Source: Felis catus
Lineage: Eukaryota
NCBI RefSeq assembly: GCF_018350175.1
Contig: NC_058377.1
Location: 100,626,001 to 100,690,000, forward strand
Direction of reading: 5' to 3'
Length of the DNA: 64,000 nucleotides
The translations under genes and the position numbers were made by a program. Shown piece after piece: positions 1 through 11,959 of this stretch (position 1 is the first letter of the stretch; each line of letters opens with the position of its first letter). Under the pieces are notes generated by a model. That model did not search any database and was not told the DNA's origin. It saw only the letters and a program-made list of their open reading frames with translations.

Positions 1-689
1 AAATGATGCTGAGTTAACCACAAGGTAAGCTTGTCTTTCAGGGACGTAACAAAGTGGGGACCCTTCCTTGCAAGAATATTGATTCTATCATGTTCTTTCT
101 GTCTGGCCCGGCTTTCCTGTGAACTTACTTACGTGGCTCCTCAAAATGTAGTTGAGTTGGAGGCTAATCCAGGCAAAAGGCTGACTGGATACAAAGGAGT
201 GTTTCCAAATGGTGCTTACTTCGGCATTTCTGTTACACTGGGATTCTCACCGGGGATGGGCAAGAATCTTACAGCTTCACTAACAGAGCTATGTGCAGAC
301 CTTGCCCAGGATGGAGAGCCACTAGCTCAGACATGGCTGTGCACCTTGCTGAAACCAGATGTCTTCTTTAGCTTCCTGGCATGACTTAGAGGGCTCACAT
401 GTCCTACAATGAAGGTTTATTCTTGTGAATAAATAAATATTTATATATATATAATATATATATTAATATAATAAAATAATAAATAATAATTATATATATA
501 AATAAATATTATTGTGGCTTATTTGGCTGGGAAGGTTAAGTGTAAGAAGCAGAAAGCAGATGTCTGCAGGTGTTTCTGTGTTGACGTTGCCTTTGTATAA
601 ACTGATGGAGATTCGGCATATTTACAACCAAAGGAATTCAGAAAAAAAAAAAAGATGTCATATGGGATTCTTGATAGGTAAATGTAAAT

Positions 690-845
690 GTAATTGCTTA
701 TATTTTTGAAGTACTTTGTGAGGCAATTTACATGAATTTCTCATCTCTTTTGTAAAGGTAAGGAGACTGAGTTTGGGAAGCTGGGTATTCAGTCCAAATA
801 GACTCACCAGCACGCAGTGGAGCTAAGATTCAAACTCAAGTCTCA
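690..845. mobile_element. MIR SINE fragment
   Basis: ttttgtaaaggtaaggagactgag...ggagctaagattcaaactcaagtct resembles the MIR core. Confidence 0.5.
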
Positions 846-865
846 TCATTGGTTCGCTGGAACTC

Positions 866-1071
866 TTTGTTTTTTAAGTTTGCTTATTTATTTATTTTGG
901 CGGGGGGGGGGGGGGGAGGGCAGAGAGAGAGGGAGAGAGAAAATCCCAAGCAGGCTCCACACTGTTAGCACAGAGACTGACAAGGGCCCCAACTCACAAA
1001 CTGTGAGATCATGACCTGAGCCAAAAATCAAAGAGTCTGATGCTTAACTGAGTGAGCCACCCAGGTGCCCC
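866..1071 (-). mobile_element. Can-SINE (SINEC)
   Basis: T-rich tail, (GA)n tract, ends ccaggtgcccc; degenerate TSD ggtt(c)gctg.aa.tctt. Confidence 0.9.
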
Positions 1072-1199
1072 AAGGTTGCTGAAATTCTTAAGTGTGATAC
1101 TATCCTACCTTGAAACGTTGCATAATAAAAGAAAGAACAAAGTATACCATTACAGAATGCTTAATGAATTGTCATTTCTTTAATAAATAAAGAAAATAA

Positions 1200-1480
1200 T
1201 ATCGGTTAACACCTACTATGGGTAGCTCGATAGTGATTGGTGGTTTGCTTTAGGGGAACATGCTGTCTAATGCATGAGATTCCTATTTCTTGTTGTATCC
1301 TAATGGTAACTTTAAAAGGTAGAGGTAATTATTTCCACTTTACAAAGTTGAAAGCTGAGCTCTGAAGAAGTAAAGTGACTTCCTTAAGATCACCCACAGT
1401 TTGTTGCAGAGCTCAGCTTTCACCCAGATCCACCTGCCTATCTTGCTCATTTCCACTCTTTCCACTGTGTCATGATGCCT
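1200..1480. mobile_element. MIR SINE
   Basis: MIR core: atttccactttacaaag...ctgagctctgaagaagtaaagtgacttccttaagatcac. Confidence 0.55.
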
Positions 1481-1527
1481 TGAGGTAGTAGGTTAATAGG
1501 AAAGCAGCACTCAGCATTAAACTTTTC

Positions 1528-1767
1528 CCATGGTGGAGGGGAAGGAAAGAAAAAGTAAAAAAGAAAAAGAAAAAAGAAAAAAAAAGAGGTTAGAGTGGGA
1601 GAGAGCCAAAGCATAAGAGACTCTTAAAAACTGAGAACAAACCCAGGGTTGATGGTGGTGGGGGGGAGGAGGGTGGGTGATGGGTATTGAGGAGGGCACT
1701 TTTGGGATGAGCACTGGGTGTTGTACGCAAACCAATTTGACAATAAATTTCATATATTGAAAAAAAA
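1528..1767 (+). mobile_element. 5'-truncated felid L1 3' end (L1_Fc-like)
   Basis: gagagccaaagcataagagactcttaaaaactgagaac...gagcactgggtgttgta...aataaa plus A tail; short TSD aaactttt. Confidence 0.85.
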
Positions 1768-1779
1768 CTTTTTCAATAA

Positions 1780-3090
1780 AAAATAGAAATATAATGTATA
1801 ATATATTTTTGATAACAACAGGATTCTATTTATGAAAAAGAATACAAGAAATGAGAATGAAAGACCATTATTTCTCTTGAACACAGACATGAAAAATTTT
1901 AACAAAACATTAGTAAATCAGATCCTGCAATAAAAACCAATACACCACAGTCTAGGGGGTTCATCCGAGCAATAAAAGTCTTGTTTGACAATTAAAAAAC
2001 AATTAATGTAATTCATCATATTAACAGACCAAATTAAGAGAACCATAATATCATATCAGGAGATGTAGAAAAAGTTTTCAACAGAATTCAATATCTTGTT
2101 GTGATTAAAATCCTTGACAATCTAGGAACAAAATGAACTTCATTAGCCAAATAAAAAATATCTAGGGATAACCAAGAGCTAAAACAATATTTAATGGTAA
2201 GAGACTAACTTATTCTCCTCTGTGATCTAGAACAAGGCAAAAATGTCCTTTTTCACCACCGACTACTCAACATTGTTCTGAAAGTTCTAGCTGATTTATT
2301 AGACCAAAAAAAAAAAAAACTCATACAAAGTAAAAAAAACAACTAAAACTGTCTTTATTTCTATGCAACACAAGTGCCTATGTTAAAATCTCAAGGAATC
2401 TACAAGTATCTTGTGAAACTAATAAATGAGTTAGCAGGTTCATAGGATACACTATCAACATGCATAATTGATTGCCAAGAATAGACAAATAAAATCTAAA
2501 ATTTTTAAAAATTATAATAAAACTTGTTTGCATATAAATTTAATGAAATATGGTCAAGATCTATATGCAGAAAATTATAAAACAATATTGAAAGGAATCA
2601 AGAAGATCTCAGCAAATGGAGAATATCCACAATTCATAACTAAAAGATGCAGTAGTGTTAAGGTGTCAATCCTAGCAATTTTTATTTTTTTAAATATCAA
2701 CAAGGTGATTCTCAAGCTGATATGAAAAGGCAAAGTGACTAGAATAGCAAAAATAATTAAAAAAAACCCCACAATGTTGCAGGACTCATATTACTATTAA
2801 TTTAGAATTAATTACATATTATTAGAATTAATTACATATTAATTTAGAATTGCTATAAAGTTACAGTAATCAAGATAGTGTGCTATCAGTGGATGGTCTG
2901 GTATTGGTGAAAAGCATATACACAAAGATCAATGGAACGAAAAGAAAAAGGTGATTTGGTGGAGAAAAGATAGTGTTTTTAACAAACAGTGCTAGAACAA
3001 CTGGATGTCCACATACACAAAATGAACTTACACCCATGACACAGTTTACACAAAATAGCTCAAAACGCATCATAGATATGAAAGTATTTT
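1780..3090 (+). mobile_element. Old L1 (L1M) ORF2 fragment
   Basis: Decayed ORF2/RT-region sequence (NKTLVNQILQ resembles NKILANRIQQ; QDLYAENYKTILKGIK). Confidence 0.8.
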
Positions 3091-3639
3091 AAGGGACCCA
3101 GGAAGATACACTTAGATTCTTTTTCGAAGGGGAAGAGTATCCACGGAGCAGATGAGTTTTTTGAGCAAACAAGTATGTAGCTAGAAGGAATGGGAGAGTG
3201 AAGGCAAAGGTATGTAAGAAAAGAGAAGAGGGATAGGGGATCCCATGGAGAAAATTCTGAGGTCTGAAGGAGATGTAAAAACATACTAAATCAAGTTTGA
3301 GGGAGACCTCTAACCACAAGAGAAAAAGATCGGAAAAAGAAAGGTTTAGTTGGATTGTAGGAAATAGACTGATCACGAGGAGATTCCCAGAATCCCTTGG
3401 TAATTTGTATTTCAGAAGCAAAACATACTAACAGCTTGTGCCAATTTGCTAAGGCTATGACCTCTGGCTAGTTTTATACTTTTTATAAATAAGACCCCCA
3501 AAGAACCATTAATGTAGAAAATAACAAATGATTGTAAACCCATTAACTCTTAGGACAAAAGATAGTATTTCTGTCCTTCCATAGGCTTGTGCTCTATCTC
3601 GTTGTGTCACCTCTGTTTTACAGGAATCCTATGTATTAT

Positions 3640-3790
3640 CACATTGTTATGCCCCAGTTCCTTCATATGTGAAATGAGGTTGGTAATATTATTTATTGCG
3701 TAGAGCTGTTATAAAGTGAAATAAGCTCAGCCCCACCAGTGATTCATGGCTGACATAAAGCACATGTTTACTAAGTGTTTCCTACGGTTA
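3640..3790. mobile_element. MIR fragment
   Basis: gccccagttccttcatatgtgaaatgagg core motif. Confidence 0.5.
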
Positions 3791-6700
3791 GTGGAGCTCA
3801 GAGGGCAAAGCAGAGTCAAACATCAGTTTTGAATATAAATGTAAACAGAGGAAAGGTTATTGAAAATGACATAAGACTAGAGCAAAATTATGGAGAATGT
3901 TCATCTCCACTGTTGGCAAATTATTTCAATGAGCCTTTCGTAACCCTCAAAGGACTTGAAAGAAAGTTCTATGTCTGTAAGTTTCCTTAAGGTTTGCCTA
4001 AATGGAAATTAATTTACCTTAAATGGAAATTTACCTTAATGGCAATACATCCTTAAAAAACTTACCTCAAATGGAAGTGTGTTAAAAAATACATGCATCC
4101 TCTTCCCCCAGAGAATGATAAAAACACTATATGGGAATGGATGGGTATCATTTCTTAACATAACGGCCAGATCTAGAGTTTGATCCCCAGATGATAGCAA
4201 AGGGTAAAAGAAAGTCAAATTGCATCAACAGCAGATCTCAGTCACCAAGGACCAAGGATCTCACGCTGCAGAGGTACCTTTTTTTTTTGCAGGGCATTTG
4301 CCATCTGGTTGTAAATCTGCTGTAGTAACTTGGATCTAAGAGGATAATGACTGGTGAATTGATTACTTGGGGACATAAAATAATTAACTCAAACTAAATA
4401 AGCAATACCTTGGGAGGAAACACATGTACTTGGAGGATATAAACAATATTTGAAATTTTATTTAGCATTGGCTTCAAGGCTGAAGCCCTGAGCAATAATG
4501 CAGTGATACAAATACTGGGTCTGTATAAACTAGGATTTGACTAGTTTTGGAAAACTAAGTACTCGTCTTGCCTTCAAGCTTTTTTCTTTCCTAAGGTGTG
4601 ACCTCCTATCATTTGTTTGAAATGAAGGTATGATAGGTGGCGGTAGTGAAAAAAAAATGCATGAATTTTCTAACTTTTTGTGTGTGCATCGAAGGAAATT
4701 AGGCAGTGAAACTCATGGGTAACACTCACTGAGCTGATTAAAATTCCAAATCGGAAACTTGAAAGATAGTCATTCAAATAGTTAAAGAATGCAATTTCAG
4801 TGAAGAGAGGACATTAAACAAATATAAAAGGACAGACTCAAAGTCAGTGCAAAGAAAAAAAAAACGGTGAGTAATTTTTTACCATTATTCTGCAAAAATC
4901 TGTAATACTTTTGAAAAAATATTTTTAACTATTATGTTAGGAAAACATTAATTAGCAGCTAATTTTAAAGTAGACTTTGCTGTGAATTCTATACTCTAAA
5001 ACTTTTTGGTTTAAGAGAAGACTAAATTGAAAGATCTTGGTTGTCTACTGAGGGTAACATGACACATTCTAGAAAACTGAGATCAAAGTCATGTGCGAAT
5101 TCTGCCTTTTTTATTGGATGACTGCACATCAAAAGGACCAATTATTATAACTTTAGGGAGATGGTCAGTAAGACATTGACCACAAATAAAGTAATTTTAT
5201 TTCTGGAAAAGACATATGATAGGATAATCGAGGCTAGTGCCTTCATTCTTCCTAAGAAACTTATTATCCAAGAGTGTATGGGGTCCCAAATGCAAGGTGT
5301 GGCAATATTAGGGCATGCACTCAAATATTTTTCTCCAACTATTTTTGTTATGTGGCCAATAGCTAAGCATGCAATATCACTACTCATGCTTGAGAGAATA
5401 AGAAAGCTTTTCCCACAAAAGCATGTGAGCTGTACATTTGTTTCTTTCTAGAGTTGGCTTATTCATTCCAGAATCCTGAACTGATTTGGTGTGTGGTTTT
5501 TCATGGAGACTTGAACCTATCTTATAGTTCTGTATTTCCATTGACACATTTTCCATTTAAATTTGAATGGCTAAAATGGGACCATGATCCATTCAGGAGA
5601 GATCCTGGTTTTGTCTGGAACACTCAGAAATGTATGCAAATTTCCGAGTTGGGCCAGCCAGGGTTCGTGTTAAATTTATGTTGTTGCTTCATTATTTCTC
5701 CCTTGAAAGGATGTAGAGTGAGGTATTAAGAAACACAATCACTGGAGTTGGAAAACTCAGGTTATAAATCCTTGTTTGCTATATACTAATGTGCTACTAC
5801 ATACAAGTGCCTTAACCTCTGTAAACTAGAGTAATTCGAAGTTATTTTTCTTTGTGTACATTAATTTAAATACAATAATACTATCATGTGTGCACTATTT
5901 TATTTTTTTAAAAGATGTTCTCTTCTATAATCAAAGCTGAGTCTCAGAACCAGTCTGAATTATATAGAGCAGGGTATATTTTCCCAGGTTTCAAATGAAG
6001 AAAAACTTCTTAAAAGAAATTAACTGCTTTGCAAAGGTCCTATATGAAGTTAGTGGCTAAATTAAGGCGTGTAACCAGGGATTTACCTCAAATTACAATG
6101 AATAATTCGATTATACACATAATATTTTTAAAGAGATTAAAATATGTGCCAGGCAATCATAGTATAGTAGCCGTATATCTGTGAAGAAGTTGAACTGATG
6201 TCAGGAAATTAAGCATAGCTGTAGCCTTCTGAACCGAGACAAATAGAGATTAAGTAATATTATTAGCGAAGTCCTAATAAATGCAGACAGACTGATGAAA
6301 TGGCTTTGCTTGAGAACATTCTAAGCCTTTCTTTACTTATAGACTTAAAATTATGTAAAAAGCCTTTATGCTTGACCAAAGATAAGAAACATATTTCAAG
6401 TATGTTTAATGAAGGATTCAAGCCAGTAATATATTCAGTATTATAATTTTATGCAAATTAAAATAGCCTCTTTAATTTATTGGCTAATCTCAGTATAATC
6501 TGATTTGGGGAATCATCCTGAAGTTATTTCTCTATAATTTTTTCTTAAACTCATTCAAGTTCTTAAAATTCCACTATGGAAATTAATGTTTTTGTTTTAA
6601 AATTCCATCTGCCTTACAGCGGGATTATTCATTGCGTGGGTGACCATGTTAATTTGTTCAGTAACAGAAAAGGTTGAAGAAGAAACTTAAATAGGAGTTG

Positions 6701-6973
6701 ATAGAGACGCCAGGTACGGTATAAAGTTAGGACTGAAAATACATAGGATGAAAACGCAGACCTCATGAAGATATCTGGTCAAGGTTGAGCATAAGATTAT
6801 AAAAATACTTGGTGGCACACATTGCTAAACAGTCAGTGCCATGTTTTCAGGAGCATCTAAGATTTGATTGTGGATTGATCACAGGCAATCATGTTGACCA
6901 AGCTAGACATTGATCACAATTTGCTATTAGTTCATGGAGTCTCCTTAGAGAGTCATTTTAATGGAATACTTGA

Positions 6974-6985
6974 TTTTTTTAATGT

Positions 6986-7024
<39 letters not shown>

Positions 7025-7192
7025 TTTTGGGGGCTGGGGGGAGGGTCAGAGAGGGAAGGAGAGAATCCCAAGCCTACTCCACACTGTAAGTGTGAAGCCG
7101 GATGCAGGGCTTGATTTTATAAACCCTGAGATCATGACTTGAGCCAAAACCAAGTGTCAGTCACTTAACCAACTGAGCCACCCAGGCGGCCC
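6974..7192 (-). mobile_element. Can-SINE
   Basis: (TTTA)n tail; TSD aatacttgattttt on both sides. Confidence 0.9.
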
Positions 7193-7314
7193 TTTGAATA
7201 CTTGATTTTTATTCTCTGACATATTTGAATGAGGCATATTAAAGCTAGTAAATTCCTTGAATAGGATATGATTATCATTCTACCCATGAGAAGCTTCAGA
7301 TATGGCCTCATGAA

Positions 7315-7327
7315 TTGTATATTTCAG
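7315..7327 (+). promoter_or_regulatory. Putative splice acceptor of the gene 1 coding exon
   Basis: ttgtatatttcAG ends 31 nt before the ATG; matching position in the paralogs. Confidence 0.6.
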
Positions 7328-7358
7328 GTGATTTCATGGATGCTATCTACGTTGGACC

Positions 7359-8288
7359 ATGGATCAAAGCAATAATGTCACTGTATTTATTCTCTTGGGA
7401 CTTTCCAAAAACAAGAACATTGAAATCCTTTGTTTTGTGTTATTTTTATTTTGCTACATTGCTATTTGGATAGGAAACTCACTCGTAATAATTTCCATCA
7501 TGGGCAGTCAGCTAATTGAGCAACCCATGTATTTTTTCCTTAATTACCTCTCACTCTCCGACCTTTGCTACACATCCACCGTGACACCCAAACTAATGAC
7601 TGACTTGTTGGCAGAGAGGAAGACCATTTCCTACAGTAGCTGCATGACACAACTCTTTAGCACACATTTATTTGGAGGCATCGAGATCTTCATCCTCACG
7701 GGGATGGCCTATGACCGCTACGTGGCCATCTGCAGGCCCCTGCACTACACGGTCATCATGAGCAGACAGAGGTGTAACACAATTATCACAGCCTGCTGTA
7801 CTGGGGGGTTTGTACATTCTGCCAGCCAGTTCCTTCTCACCATCTTCTTACCCTTCTGTGGCCCCAATGAGATAGATCACTACTTCTGCGACGTGTACCC
7901 TTTACTGAAACTAGCCTGTTCTAATACACACCTCATAGGTCTCCTAGTCATTGCCAATTCAGGCCTAATTGCTTTGGTGACCTTCGTCGTGCTGATGTTG
8001 TCTTACTTTTTTATACTGTGCAGTGTCAGGGCTTACTCCGCAGAGAGTCGCAGCAAGGCTCTTTCCACCTGCAGTGCTCACATCACAGTTGTGGCTTTGT
8101 TTTTTGCACCTGCACTCTTCATCTATATTAGACCAGCCACAACATTTCCAGAAGACAAAGTGTTTGCTCTTTTCTATACCATCATTGCCCCCATGTTCAA
8201 CCCTCTGATCTACACGTTGAGAAACACAGAGATGAAGAAAGCCATGAAGAAAGTGTGGTGTCGTCATATACTCTTGGAAGGAAAATAG
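7359..8288 (+). CDS. OR4P4: Olfactory receptor, family 4 subfamily P (OR4P4-like), 309 aa, intact (gene 1)
   Basis: Full 7TM ORF with OR motifs: N-glycosylation [58 protein letters not shown]. Strong Kozak (accATGg). Very close to human OR4P4 as recalled; one-to-one orthology not tested. Confidence 0.95.
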   Translation: MDQSNNVTVFILLGLSKNKNIEILCFVLFLFCYIAIWIGNSLVIISIMGSQLIEQPMYFFLNYLSLSDLCYTSTVTPKLMTDLLAERKTISYSSCMTQLFSTHLFGGIEIFILTGMAYDRYVAICRPLHYTVIMSRQRCNTIITACCTGGFVHSASQFLLTIFLPFCGPNEIDHYFCDVYPLLKLACSNTHLIGLLVIANSGLIALVTFVVLMLSYFFILCSVRAYSAESRSKALSTCSAHITVVALFFAPALFIYIRPATTFPEDKVFALFYTIIAPMFNPLIYTLRNTEMKKAMKKVWCRHILLEGK

Positions 8289-8689
8289 TTTTGCAGATGC
8301 TTTTCGGATTTTCAGGCCATGGTTCCTTGAAACCCAGGACTTGGATGAAATCCATTCTTATCAGCTCCTGGCCTTGCTGCTTGGAGAGATAAGTGGGCAA
8401 GCAGGAAGCACACCCTTCTGATGTTTTATGATCCTATGGTAACAGCTCACCAACAAATTGAGTATCATTCTTATTCAGATGTTCTTCCACTTGACATAGT
8501 CATTAAGAATTGTGTTTATGTGATATGAAATTAATGATATTTTAAAGACGAAAGATTATAGCACTATTTGGCTCTTGTGCCGGAAAAAAAAAGATAAAAT
8601 AGAGCATGAGTGTTTTCACACCTTAAAATGCTAAAGAGCTGAATAAAATATCACCTTCCATTTTTCAGCTTTTTACTCAACTCTAAATA

Positions 8690-9125
8690 CAGAAAATTGC
8701 ACTTATTGTTTTTGTATGGTTCATGCATTCCCACAAACTGAGCGGTATCCGGTAATCAGTAACCAGATGAAGGGTTAGAGATTACCAGTGCACCTGAAGT
8801 CCTCCTCATTTCTCTGCATAATTACTAACCTCCCAAAGGTGATTGCTATCTTTGTCTCTAAATCAACTGGTTTTACATACTCTTGTATTTTGTGGAAAAA
8901 TAGTGATGCTGATCACACTCTTAGTGTCTGCTCATTACGTTTGTGAGATTCATTCGTCATGTTTTGTGTATTTTCTGAGTGTCTTCGTTGATATATACTG
9001 TTTCGTTGTATGAATATGTAACAGTTAATTTATCCATTCCCTTGTTTCTAGACATTTGGGTAGTTTCCCATTAAGATCATTATGAGTAGCTGCTTTGAAT
9101 ATTCATGAACATTTCTTTTGGTGAA
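8690..9125 (-). mobile_element. Old L1 3' fragment
   Basis: tttgtgagattcattcgt...ttatccattc...gacatttgggtagtttcc pattern of an antisense L1M 3' region. Confidence 0.65.
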
Positions 9126-9779
9126 TACCGACCCTCTAATTGTTTCTTTAACAAGCTTCATATTGTAATTAAGACAACATTTTAAGGCAGTGGTTGTATG
9201 CTTGTGTTAATACTTTGCTAATACATTACTGGCATAAAACTATATAAATAAAAAAATTATCAATAGAAAACCACTAGAATGAATGCAATAAATGGCTTAG
9301 AAATATGTAAAACTTTTGGCACCTCTAGGACCCTCACAATAGGGTATGTAATATGTTAATTAATACAAACCAACCTGTCTATCATAGATACACAGCTCTT
9401 AGAAAGAAGAAAACTCTTAGAAGAGCATTCATAACTCAGAACAACCCCCAGAAACAGAGCATTAGGTTATGTTAGCAAGATTCACACATAAGTGGTCACA
9501 ATTGGGAAATTGTAATACGTAAGATATTCACTGGAATATATGAATTTGCTTGTCATAATGAGCATGACTAGCAAAATTCTTTATTTAGCTAGTGAAAGTG
9601 AAAACAAATATTTTGGGGGGCTCCAAATAAGGGCAGTGGTTCCAGATAAGAAAGGTAGGCTCTACATAACATGCCATCATTGGATTGTCACCCATCCATA
9701 TACATGTGCAGAAATGCACAGTATAGTAAATAACATCTTCCAGGGGCTATTATTGTCTCTGCCGTAATTAGAATAAACA

Positions 9780-11505
9780 GGCTTGAATAGAACAACAAAA
9801 ATGAGAGAGGTAATATTTAATTTTTGTTTAAAAGTATCTGATCACACAGCAAAACTACCGATAGAGGAGTACGTAATGTGAGAAACAGCTTTAAGCGGAA
9901 TACGTCATACAATGACAGCTTTTATGGCAGTTATCAGAGACAAATAGAATATGATTATAGTTATTATATAAAAATAAAAAATAATATGTAAAGCATGATA
10001 TTGTATTAGGATTCTCAAAATTGTCCAGGGTGTTAAAATAATTTAGGAAATAAAAAAAAGAATATTTTAATTGTAAACTTGATGGATAAAACAGAGTAGC
10101 TATATCTTAAGAAAAACTCAGTAAATAGAATTTCAGATGTTAACAAATTACCAGAAGACAGAATTAGAGAGGAGAGTGATAGAAAAAAAATAGATCTCTT
10201 AAGAGACATCATGAATGAAGTAAGAGAAAACAACCTATGTTTGTCAGACTCTAGTGTTTGGGTAATAGTGAGACAAAAATATTTTTAAAAAGTCAAGTAT
10301 TAGTAATTTTTGAGAACTGATGAAAATAATCTTTAGAACATATTCAGAGGAGGGAGAAAGAGTTGCTTTTTAAAAAAAAATTTGTAAACATTTACTCATT
10401 ATTGAGAGACACAGAGAGACAGAGCATGAGCAGGGGAGGGGCAGAGAGACAGAGGGAGACACAGATTCTGAAGCAGGCTCCAGGCTCTGAGCTGTCAGCA
10501 CAGAGCCTGATGCAGGGCTCAAACCCACAAACCATGAGATCATGACCTGAGCCAAAGTCAGACGCCTAACTGACTGAGCCACCCAGGCGCCCCAAGAGTT
10601 GCTCTTACGAAGAATCATAGAAAACACTATTACCAATTAATAATAATTTAAATCACTGAGTAGAAAACAAAATCATTGAGTAGAAAACAGAAGATAATGG
10701 AATTGCATAATGAAAGTACTAAAAGAAAAATGTCACCCTTGGCTTCTGTATTTTTGTAAGAAGAGTAAAATGAGGACTTTTCAGTTCAATGAAACAACAG
10801 TGAAAAACAACCAAGAATTGACTACAAACCTACACTCACTAAAAGAAGTTGTGAAGGACGTTTTCATTAAAAGGGAAGAAGTCTGAGAAGAAAGAGGACC
10901 CCCGGAGGAACGGATAATGATGGAAATGGTAGACTTATTTATAAACCTAGAAATTGTATTAAAATAGCCATCTTGTCTAAAACATGAGACGAAACATAGA
11001 AGAGAGGACAAGATCCTGGCCCACGACATATTATGAGATGGAAGAAAATGATCAGAAGAAAAGGGTTGGAAGTACCATGTACCATTCAGCGGGACAGGGG
11101 GGTGGTGGTGATAATGTCAGGTTCGGACACTTGTTAGCATCAATGTACAGCCATGATTTCTTACATGTAGCTAAAATAACAGGAAAGAGACAGGCCGGTG
11201 GAAGGTGGTTCAGTAGGTAGACAGGTAAAAATACACTGGAGGAATGAAAGGAGACCCATCCAATTAAAAAGTAAAAAAAAAAAAAAAAAAAAAAAGAAAG
11301 AAACAAAAAAAAAAACAAACAAAAAAACAAGGAGGGAAAAAATAGACATTGGGAAAAGTTGAAAAAAGAAAGGAACAAAAGTCATGGTAAGAAGGTAGTC
11401 CAAATATATAAGACAAAATGAACACAATGGACTAAATTCTCTAGTAGGAAGACAAAGATTATCATAATAGATTAAAATATAGCCCTGCGCTTTTACAAAG
11501 GATAT
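9780..11505 (+). mobile_element. Old L1 (ORF1 to ORF2 start), interrupted by a SINE
   Basis: A-rich ORF1-like remnants; 11426-11500 decodes a decayed NGLNS..RQRLS..IK endonuclease N-terminus. Confidence 0.6.
10367..10593 (-). mobile_element. Can-SINE (SINEC_Fc type)
   Basis: Canonical body; TSD aagagttgct. Confidence 0.92.
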
Positions 11506-11529
11506 TATATGGCATGAAATTTGGAACTA

Positions 11530-11955
11530 CAATCATGAAAAGGAGAGAGCAGGCAAACGCATTAGCACTTGACCCTCCTGATGCCTTGGAAGCAGACATT
11601 TGCCGTGAACCTCTTGGTTCACAAGGCCTGACTATATCGGAGCACTCCCCACTCAGCACCAGCCAGCCTACAGCCATGCAAGTTTGTTTACTAGGCTCTT
11701 CTGTGAAAGACCACTGCATACTCCAAGCCTCGCGCAGCCCCCCATTTAGCTGCTTCTCTGCACTCAAGCTAAGCAGAGCCGTCCAGAAGCCTGCACAGTA
11801 CTGCATTCGAGAGGCACGTCCCGCTTTGCTGGGTGACGGGCTTTTCCGGCAGCATCTGCAATCTCACTTTTTCCAACCATGTCTGAATCCCAACCTTGGC
11901 AATGGTTCTCCTCTTCCAAGTTCATTCTTTGGGTACTCTTCCTCAGTCCTAGGTT
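11530..11955. mobile_element. GC-richer insert, probably an ancient ERVL-class LTR fragment (family uncertain)
   Basis: Compositional shift between two L1 pieces; gtctgaatcccaaccttgg...ggtactcttcctcagtcctagg recalls old ERVL LTR consensus (from memory only). Confidence 0.35.
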
Positions 11956-11959
11956 ACTT

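Noticed and set aside
31-384. 117-aa ORF at the window start
   Set aside because: TTG start, no recognisable domain, no paralog in the window; context upstream of the window is missing.
425-512. AT-only stretches with hairpin potential (also 55420-55535)
   Set aside because: Low-complexity (TA)n-derived sequence.
7965-8400. Antisense and alternative-frame ORFs over OR genes (also 44137-44361)
   Set aside because: Shadow ORFs of real coding sequence, with no independent support.
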